Part shown: piece after piece, positions 58,813 through 64,000 of the stretch
Position numbering within the stretch: position 1 is the first letter of the stretch
Layout: every line of letters starts with the position of its first letter
Origin: an uncultured Chloroflexia bacterium
Lineage (GTDB): Bacteria > Chloroflexota > Limnocylindria > Limnocylindrales > CSP1-4
Assembly (NCBI GenBank): GCA_963833285.1
Contig: CAWHXM010000005.1
Location: 285,324 to 349,323 of the forward strand
Direction: 5' to 3'
Length of the DNA: 64,000 bases
Made by a program: the position numbers and the translations under genes
Notes under the pieces: generated by a model
Told to the model about the DNA's origin: nothing
The model's database searches: none
What the model saw: only the letters and a program-made list of their open reading frames with translations

Positions 58813-60171
58813 TCAGGCGGCGACGACCCGGTCGCGGCCACCACGCTTGGCCCGGTAGAGCGCCCGGTCCGCGTTGGCGATCAGGTCGTCGATCGGCTGG
58901 TCGGCGTAGTCCGCGACGGCCACCCCAACGGACGCGCTGACGGCGTCGACGCCGAGCCGACGGAGGTCTAGCCCACCGACCGACGCGCGGACGCGCTCGC
59001 CGACCTCGAGGGCGATCTCCAGGCTCGGGTTTCGCAGCAGGACGACGAACTCCTCGCCCCCGTAGCGGGCCGGGACGTCGTCCTCGCGGACGGCCGCGAC
59101 GATCGCTCCGCCGACCGCCCGCAGGACCTCGTCGCCGGTCGCGTGCCCATGGGTGTCGTTGAGGACCTTGAACCGGTCGATGTCGATCATCAGCACGCCC
59201 ACCGCGTCGTCCGCTCGACGGCGACGCGCGAGCAGGCCGCAGAACTCGTCGAAGTAGCGACGGTTCGGCAGGCCGGTCAGGGCGTCGGTCGAGGCCTGCG
59301 CCTCGGCCGCGCGCAACGAGTACGCCCGCGACAGGGCGGACGACGCCTCCAGCGCGGCGCCGTTCAGGATCCGTCGCGTCGTCGCCGACCAGGCGCCCGC
59401 CGTTCGTTGCGACAGGACGATCGCCCCGATCACGCCACCCTGCGAGGTCAGCGGCGCGGCGAGCGTGTCGCTCAGCCCGTACGCCTGCCGAGCCCGTCGC
59501 GCGATGCGGTCGGCGACGGCCTGATGGCTGACGGTGGCGGTGTCCACGGACGCCACGATGCCCGGCGTCGGGCCGGCCGACGCGATCCTCGCGGTCAAGC
59601 CGTCGATCCGCGTCCGCAGGGCGACGGCGGCCACCGCCTGCGGCGCGTCCGCGCCGACCGGGATCGCCACCGGCTCGCGGTCGGCGAGCTCGGCGTCACC
59701 GGCGACGGGGTCCTCGAGATCGCCGATCGGCAGGAGTGTCGTGGAGTCGGACACGCCGGGCCGAGCGCTGACCAGGGTCGCCTCGAGGACGCGGGCGTCC
59801 GGTCGCCGGCGCGCGATGACGATGTGGTCGGCGCCGGTCGCCTCGGCCAGCTCGTCGACGATGGCCCCCAGGATCGCGTCAGGCGACACGGAGCGCGACA
59901 GACTCGACAGGATCCTGGCGAACGACTCGGCCTCCTCGCGACGGCCGACCTCGAGCGCGGCGACGGCCTGACGATGGCGGATCGCCGCGTAGCCGACAAG
60001 GACGATGAGGCCGACCAGGACCACGTCGATCGGCCGCGTGTCCAGCGCGAGCCGAAGGACGGCGATCAGGCACAAGCTGAAGAACGAGACGACGAAGATC
60101 CACCAGGCTCGTCGGATCCGACGATCCGTGGGCTCCTCGGGTCGAGCCGGCGGGTGGGTGGGTTCGCTCAC
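58813..60171 (-). CDS. membrane-anchored GAF-GGDEF diguanylate cyclase (GGEEF variant)
   Basis: Two TM helices, a GAF-like region, then RYGGEEFVVLL and the inhibitory-site-like RxxD context. GTG start at 60171 avoids overlap with the next gene. Confidence 0.8.
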   Translation of the reverse strand: MSEPTHPPARPEEPTDRRIRRAWWIFVVSFFSLCLIAVLRLALDTRPIDVVLVGLIVLVGYAAIRHRQAVAALEVGRREEAESFARILSSLSRSVSPDAILGAIVDELAEATGADHIVIARRRPDARVLEATLVSARPGVSDSTTLLPIGDLEDPVAGDAELADREPVAIPVGADAPQAVAAVALRTRIDGLTARIASAGPTPGIVASVDTATVSHQAVADRIARRARQAYGLSDTLAAPLTSQGGVIGAIVLSQRTAGAWSATTRRILNGAALEASSALSRAYSLRAAEAQASTDALTGLPNRRYFDEFCGLLARRRRADDAVGVLMIDIDRFKVLNDTHGHATGDEVLRAVGGAIVAAVREDDVPARYGGEEFVVLLRNPSLEIALEVGERVRASVGGLDLRRLGVDAVSASVGVAVADYADQPIDDLIANADRALYRAKRGGRDRVVAA

Positions 60172-60259
60172 GTCAGGGATAGAGGATGGCGGTCCGGGAC
60201 CGTCGCGTCCATCCCCTTCGGTGGTACTCCGTGGGCTCCCGGCGGGCGGTACTTTCGTA

Positions 60260-62326
60260 CTAGGAGACGCGCTCGACCGGATCCGCGGCGCCGGTGGCCC
60301 GCGCGCCCGCGAAGTCGTTCCCACCGTCGCGCTTTACCCGATACAGCGCAAGATCGGCGGCGACGATGAGCTCGGTGGCGGTCCGGCCGTCGGTCGGGAA
60401 CGTGGCGGCGCCGATCGACGCGCCGATCGGGACCGGACCGCGCTGCTCCCCGACGAAGGCCTTGTCCCGGAAGGCCGCGACGATCCGTTCGGCGGCCGAG
60501 CGCGCTTCGTCCGCGTCCGTCTCGGGCAGGATGATCGCGAATTCGTCGCCGCCATAGCGGGCCGGGACATCCGACGCGCGCAGCGTCGAGCGGATCAGCT
60601 CCGCGGTCCAGGTCAGGACGCGGTCGCCGAACAGATGCCCGAACGTGTCGTTGACGAGCTTGAAGTCGTCGAGGTCGAGCATCAGCACGCTCATCGGCCG
60701 GCGCGCCCGTTGCGAGCGGACGACCTCCTCGCCGAGCCGCTCGTGGAGGAACCGGTGGCTGTAGAACCCGGTCAGCGGGTCGCGGTCGGCGAGGTTCCGG
60801 GCATCCTCGTAGAGGCGCGCGTTCTCCAGCGCCATGGCCGCCTCGTTGGCCATCGTCCTGGCGAGCCCGAGGCGTTCGTCGTTCCAGGTCATCGGGCCTT
60901 TGGAGATCAGCTCGACCAGGCCGATCGATTGTCCCTTGGCGACCAGCGGCAGCATGGCCAGGAGGCGACTGCCGTCCTGGGCCATCAGCGCGACTTCGGC
61001 GCGGTCGGCGGCCGGATCCTCGGCGTCGACGATGACCGTCTCCTGTCGTTCGAGCACGCGCAGCGTCTCCGGATAGCCGGCGACCAGGAAGAACGGCTCG
61101 AGCTCGCCACGCCGCTCGCTCGGGAAGTACCCGAGCGACTCGACGCGGCCGGCGGCCCGGTCCCAGTAGCTGATGAGGCACTCGTCGACACCGGTGGCGC
61201 GGACCAGGTGGCGGGCCATGAGGTCCGCGACCTGGCGCGGATCGAGGCTGCCCGACAGTTCGGCGCTCATGTCGAGCAGGCGCCGCAGCTCGCCGGCGAG
61301 ATCCTGGGTCCTCGTCAGCAGGCGCGCCGATCCGACCGCGGTCGCCGCCCGGTCGGCGAGGATCGTCAGCAGGCGAAGGTCGTCCGAGCCGAAGCCGTCG
61401 AGTCCCAGCTTGGAGAGCGTGATGACCCCGATCGTGACGTCGTCGTAGCGCATCGGGACGACCAGCATGGATTCGTCGATGTCGTCGGTCCCGGCGATGG
61501 TGACGCCGCGCGGGTCACGGTTCGCGTCGTTGACGAGGATCGGCTCCCCGTGCTCGGCGACCCAGCCGGTGAAGCCTTCGCCGAGCTTGCAGGTGAGGAG
61601 CGCCATGTCGACGATGTCGTAGGCGCCCACGCGTCCCTCGAACGCGATCGGGACCACGTCCGACCCCTCGATGAGGTAGACCCGGGCGTTGTGGTAGTCG
61701 ATGATCCCGCCCGTCTCCTCGACGATGGTCCGGCCGATCTCGTCGATGGACACCGCGCGGCTCAACCGCGCCGACGCATTCTGCAGGACCTCGAGCTGTG
61801 CGGCCCGCGCCACGGTCTGCTCGAACAGATCGGCATTCGCGAGGGCGATCGCGGCATGCGTCGCGAGTGTCGAGATGAACGCGACGTCGCCGCTCGTCCA
61901 CGATCGCGGCTCGCGTGTCACGGCAGACAGCGCCCCGATGACCCCGTCGTGGTACATCAGCGGCGCGCTGAGGTGGCCGGCGACCTCGAAGATCCCGTCG
62001 TAGCGCTCGATGCCGTTGTCGCCATCCTCGCGGACGTCCGGAAGGGCAAGGACCTGGCCGGTCCGCAGGGCCTCACCGACCCAGCCCTCGTCGCGCCCGA
62101 GATCCGGCAGGTGCCTCGCCATGTCGTCCGGGATCCCGGCCCACGCCGTGAGTTCGAGCCGATCGTCGCGGACGGTCCGGATCGTCGTGGCGTCCGCTCG
62201 CAGGACCCGCTTCGTCTCGTCGACGATCATCCGCAGCAGCTCCCGCCGGTCGTGCGAGGCCGCCAGCCGTCCGGCGATCCCGAGGACGGTGTCCAGCCGT
62301 TCGGCGAGCTCCGCCTCGAGACCCAT
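60260..62326 (-). CDS. cytoplasmic triple-GAF GGDEF diguanylate cyclase
   Basis: Three GAF domains and a C-terminal RYGGDEFAIIL GGDEF domain. The upstream 170 codons of the listed ORF are RP-rich and not called. Confidence 0.8.
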   Translation of the reverse strand: MGLEAELAERLDTVLGIAGRLAASHDRRELLRMIVDETKRVLRADATTIRTVRDDRLELTAWAGIPDDMARHLPDLGRDEGWVGEALRTGQVLALPDVREDGDNGIERYDGIFEVAGHLSAPLMYHDGVIGALSAVTREPRSWTSGDVAFISTLATHAAIALANADLFEQTVARAAQLEVLQNASARLSRAVSIDEIGRTIVEETGGIIDYHNARVYLIEGSDVVPIAFEGRVGAYDIVDMALLTCKLGEGFTGWVAEHGEPILVNDANRDPRGVTIAGTDDIDESMLVVPMRYDDVTIGVITLSKLGLDGFGSDDLRLLTILADRAATAVGSARLLTRTQDLAGELRRLLDMSAELSGSLDPRQVADLMARHLVRATGVDECLISYWDRAAGRVESLGYFPSERRGELEPFFLVAGYPETLRVLERQETVIVDAEDPAADRAEVALMAQDGSRLLAMLPLVAKGQSIGLVELISKGPMTWNDERLGLARTMANEAAMALENARLYEDARNLADRDPLTGFYSHRFLHERLGEEVVRSQRARRPMSVLMLDLDDFKLVNDTFGHLFGDRVLTWTAELIRSTLRASDVPARYGGDEFAIILPETDADEARSAAERIVAAFRDKAFVGEQRGPVPIGASIGAATFPTDGRTATELIVAADLALYRVKRDGGNDFAGARATGAADPVERVS

Positions 62327-62564
62327 GCCGAACGTCTCGGGTCGCGCGAGGTAGGTCTCCGGGATCGCGGCACGATCCGTCCCGACGATGCGCCGGAAGA
62401 TGGATCCCGACGCCGTGGCACCCGGGCCGTGGGTAGTCGGCGCGGACGTCGGCGATCCCGCCGGAGCCGGCGGGTAGTCCCCGAGACCAGGTCGAACGCG
62501 CACGGTCCGATGGTCCCACCGCGGGACCTCGCCAAGGAGCCGCCATGAGTCCTGGGCACGGGGC

Positions 62565-62602
62565 TGACCTTTGGCTGTCGTGACCTTTGGCTGTCGTTGA
62601 CC
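62565..62602. repeat. tandem direct repeat TGACCTTTGGCTGTCG x2.3 overlapping the -35 of the mgtE promoter
   Basis: tgacctttggctgtcg tgacctttggctgtcg ttgacc. Confidence 0.8.
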
Positions 62603-62626
62603 GCGTCGCAAGCCCGGGACTAGACT
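62597..62626 (+). promoter_or_regulatory. candidate mgtE promoter: TTGACC-18-TAGACT, giving a leader of about 200 nt
   Basis: -35 TTGACC at 62597-62602, -10 TAGACT at 62621-62626; ATG at 62836. Confidence 0.5.
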
Positions 62627-62835
62627 CCAAGACGCGCCGCGGGCCTCGCGCCCGGGCGGTTCCATGTCGCACTCGAGGTCAGCACACAACCCGTGGACGA
62701 CGGTCCCAGTCCCGCCGGCGCCGAGCGCGCCGGCATCACCGAGGAAACGGTTCGTCCCGCCTCCTGACGGCTGACCGCGACCACGTGGTCGCGCCACCGG
62801 AGCGGCGGGACGTCCCGCCCGTGAGGTGGCAACCA

Positions 62836-64000
62836 TGCTCTATCTGAGCCAGGCCATCGGCCGCCCCGTGCTCGATGCCAACGGCGAGCCGCTCGGCAAG
62901 GTCGACGATCTCATCGTCGCCGTCGGCGATCGCTACCCGCCGGTCACCGGCCTCGTCGTGGCGACCGACAAGCGACGCATCTTCATCCCGTGGACGCAGG
63001 TCGCGCGCTTCGATTCGTCGGGTGCCCGGCTGTCGACCGACAGGATCGACATCACCAGGTTCCAGGGTCGCGAGAACGAGATCCAGCTCCGCGCCGATCT
63101 CCTCGACAAGCAGATCGTGGACATCGACGGCCGCAAGGTCGTGCGCGTCAACGACCTGCGCCTCGACGACGTCGACGGCCGGCTGCACCTGGTCGCGGTC
63201 GACGTCGGCGCGGCCGGGCTGCTCCGCAGGCTCGGGATCGAGGGCGCCTACCGGATCCTGGCCCGCAACCTGCACCTGCCGACCCCCGAGCGGTACATCG
63301 ACTGGGAGGACGTCGACCCGGTCGAGACGAGCATCGCCTCGATCAAGCTGCGGATCCCGCATGCCGGGCTGACCGAGCTCCACCCCGCCGACCTGGCCAC
63401 GATCATCGACCAGCTCTCACCGCGCGATCGGGCCGGCGTGCTCGCCGCGCTCGACGATGAGGCGGCCGCGGACGCGATCGAGGAGATGGAGCCCGACACG
63501 CAGGTCGAGGTCCTCGAAGGCCTGGCGCCCGAACGCGCCGCGGACATCCTCGAGGAAATGTCGCCCGACGACGCCGCGGACCTGGTGGCCGATCTGTCGG
63601 ACGAGACGCGCACGGAGCTCCTCGCCCTGATGGAACGCGACGAGGCGGAGGAGCTCGGCGGCCTGCTCGCGTACCCGGAGGACACCGCCGGCGGGATGAT
63701 GACGACCGAGTTCGTGGCCGTCCCGGCCGAGCTCACCGCAAGTCAGACGATCGACCGGTTGCGTGAGCTCGAGCCCGATGCCGAGACCATCTACTACGTC
63801 TACGTCGTCGACGCCGACAGGCGGCTCGTCGGCGTTCTCTCGCTGCGGGACCTCATCGTCGCGCGGCCGGATACGCCGATCGGGGAGGTGATGATCGACG
63901 AGCCCGTCGCGGTCGAGGTCAGCGCCGATCGCGACGACGTCGCGAGCGTGGTCGCGCGCTACAACCTCCTCGCCGTCCCGGTCGTCGACGGCGATGGCGG
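62836..64000 (+). CDS. mgtE: magnesium transporter MgtE (N-terminal PRC-barrel-like, MgtE_N and CBS domains; runs off the window end)
   Basis: MgtE_N acidic helical domain (DDEAAADAIEEMEPDTQVEVLEGL ... EEMSPDDAADLVADL) followed by a CBS pair (IYYVYVVDADRRLVGVLSLRDL). It has no stop in the window, so it is not in the ORF track. Confidence 0.85.

Noticed and set aside
62600-62835. Calling the mgtE leader an M-box riboswitch outright
   Set aside because: I could not place the conserved M-box helices confidently by eye; reported as a candidate needing a covariance-model search.

Overview
High-GC (about 70 %) actinobacterial-type chromosomal segment, densely coded on both strands and syntenic-looking, not an obvious mobile island. 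No rRNA, tRNA, CRISPR array or transposase was recognised. Many listed ORFs are Arg/Pro/Gly-rich out-of-frame shadows of the real genes, which is typical at this GC content, and I did not call them. I support about 58 real coding regions. Housekeeping and metabolic genes include a DEAD-box helicase 3' end, a GreA-domain protein, Tag glycosylase, PolX, MoaA, PNP, ThyX, acetyl-CoA synthetase, MscS, aquaporin, RidA, NUDIX, two aminotransferases, FAD oxidoreductases and three ABC-2 exporter pairs. The window is unusually rich in signalling genes: (i) one giant sensor histidine kinase of about 2,080 aa with seven GAF and four PAS domains, split into two ORFs by a 1-nt frameshift, followed by two response regulators; (ii) a cAMP module, a class III cyclase fused to NB-ARC ATPase and TPR repeats, next to two standalone cNMP-binding proteins; (iii) two adjacent GAF-GGDEF diguanylate cyclases next to mgtE, which has a long leader. 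The most unusual items are a 947-aa protein with a degenerate SAM-methyltransferase motif, a Cys4 zinc ribbon, an acidic linker and a C-terminal nuclease-like domain; GreA fused to an unknown 280-aa N-terminal domain; an unannotated 37-aa Cys-rich ORF; an orphan receiver-MinD/ParA ATPase paired with a coiled-coil acidic protein; and several clear intergenic motifs: a consensus promoter with an embedded palindromic operator, tandem 16-nt repeats over the mgtE promoter, a GGTACC-N16-GGTACC motif seen twice, and a shared leaderless TAGACTGGCG motif.
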